From the NCBI RefSeq assembly GCF_009914755.1, contig NC_060939.1: DNA of 64,000 nt, one strand, 5' to 3'. Of this stretch, positions 62,187-64,000 are shown piece by piece; position 1 is the stretch's first letter; every line of letters begins with the position of its first letter. Under the pieces are notes generated by a model. The model saw only the letters and a program-made list of their open reading frames with translations, did no database searches and was not told the origin of the DNA. This DNA is from the human T2T-CHM13v2.0 reference genome, Homo sapiens. Made by a program: the position numbers and the translations under genes.

Positions 62187-63527
62187 TAACTCTTTTTAGT
62201 CTAAGTGATGACAAATAGTTATGGGTGTGTGAGGGAATTAACAAACACTTTTTTTTTTTTCAGTTTACAAAATGTTGTCACAACATTATCTCATTTTAAA
62301 AAATGCATTCCTTAAAAATAAAACCTATTTTTTTTTTGCAATTTTCTATAGGGTTCAAATTATTAGCATTAGCATGTATTTAAAAAGTTTTCTTATTTTT
62401 TAAAAAAACTACTTTATGCCTTGGGAATGGTGTGTGTGTGTGTTTGAATCTAAATAGCAGAAGGAGAAAATAAATGCAGGTTCTATAAATGTAACATGAA
62501 AAATACTCGACAGAAAATTTTGTTCAGAAAAAAAAACCCGACCAACTAAAAAAACACACACCAAAAAAATAAAAAAATAAACAAAACAAAAATAGAAAGT
62601 GGGGATGAGGTTGTCAAAGTGAGAGTCACTAAGACATCCTTTTCCTTGTTTTACCTTGGAATGTATATATTTAGGTTGATGTAGTTCCGGTTGAACTTTA
62701 TAGTGAAAATAAATGATCTGATATAAATTACAGTGCTTCTGGGCTGAAACTGATGTTTATTGATTAGTTAATATTGTGTGGACAATTTATTTCCTGTACA
62801 TCTTGCTACTTAGCAAAGCTGTGATATCCAGCAGGAAATGAGACATAGAAAAAATATGATGGAACAGCTGGACTTGAGCATTTATGTGTGGGAGGGAAAG
62901 TCAGTGAATCTTAGGTCAGTCCAGTGATTGCAAAATCAAACAAGTGAAACCCATAAAATGAAACTCTGTGTGATGAGTGAATTTGAGTTTATACAGCATC
63001 ACTTGGTCTCATAGTAGAAGGATTTAAAAGTGTAGTTTTGGGTCCTTACCCTGGTTCTAATGCTTAGGAGCACCGTGATCTTGGGCAAGTCACTTTAACC
63101 TTATAAAATTTTAATTGTCTTAATTATAGAAATGAGTTTTCATTAGAATGAATGAGGTAACTTATCTCAAGTTTCTTAGCATGTTGCCTGGTGGCAGAGT
63201 AAGTGCTCAACATGGTTTTAATAATAACTTATACTTACCCAACGCCTAATTGGCACCAGGTTCTTTTCTAAGCCCTTTGCATATATTACCTCATTGAACA
63301 CTCATAACAACCCCTTGGAACAGGTATTCCTATTCCAAGAGATTATCAAGAATCTCTTACCACCAAATTTCAATAAGACAGTTTTGGAATAATTCCAGAC
63401 AATGAATGTGATCAACAGGAACCAGTTACCACCATCAACAACAAATCTAGGTGTCCCAGACATGAGCCTACTGTTAGCGACACCATAAGATGGGATGGAG
63501 AGGAAGCCTTTTCTCTCCATCTTATAT

Positions 63528-63833
63528 GTTTTCTTTTTTAAATTAGACACGGTCGCCTAGGCTGAATGCAATAGCATAATCCTGGCTCACTGCAGCCTCG
63601 ACCTTCTGGGTTCAAGGAATCCTCCTGCCTCAGCCTCTTAAGTAGCTGGCACTACAGGCATGTACCACCACACCTGGCTAATTTTTAAATTTTTTGTTGA
63701 GACAAGGTCTCACTATGTTGCCCAGGCTGATCTCAAACTGCTAACCTCAAGTGATCTCCTACCTTAACCTCCCAAAGTCCTGGGATTACAGGCATGAGCC
63801 ACCACGCCCAGCCACCGTCCGCTGTGTTTTCAA
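63528..63833 (-). mobile_element. AluJ
   Basis: Diverged antisense Alu. Confidence 0.85.
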
Positions 63834-64000
63834 TAATTGGCTTATAGACCAATAGAAAATATAGGATTTCAAAGCAGGCTTAGAATCAGACCTGCTTGGC
63901 AATGCCATCTGCATTCTTCTGATAGGAGGTTTCAGGCAGTCTATACTGAGCTTGTGCTGAACCACAAGCAGCAGTCTGCTCTTTCTTACTGTACTTACAA

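Overview
Hominid (most likely human) genomic DNA lying inside the ADAMTSL3 (punctin-2) gene on the + strand. Only three short coding exons are present: 19024-19069, 34214-34450 and 52477-52603 (probably exons 5-7; TSR1 end and Cys-rich module). All three have canonical AG/GT ends and compatible phases. The rest is intron filled with about 27 Alus, old L1M/L2/MIR fragments, MLT1/ERV solo LTRs, MER DNA transposons, a 3.6-kb 5'-truncated L1PA, a U6 retropseudogene and a full-length antisense SVA. No prokaryote-type system (CRISPR etc.) and no unknown protein-coding gene is supported. The most notable observations are: an SVA with a 3' transduction that should identify its source element; a possible L1 3' transduction; a ~90-bp fold-back inverted duplication in a solo LTR that pairs two opposite poly(A) signals; about ten locally templated insertion scars; and splicing oddities (paired +4 acceptor and +4 donor at the third exon with an open alternative frame, a candidate 67-nt cryptic exon, inverted Alus around a symmetric exon). 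Repeat boundaries are approximate and subfamily calls are from memory of the consensus sequences.
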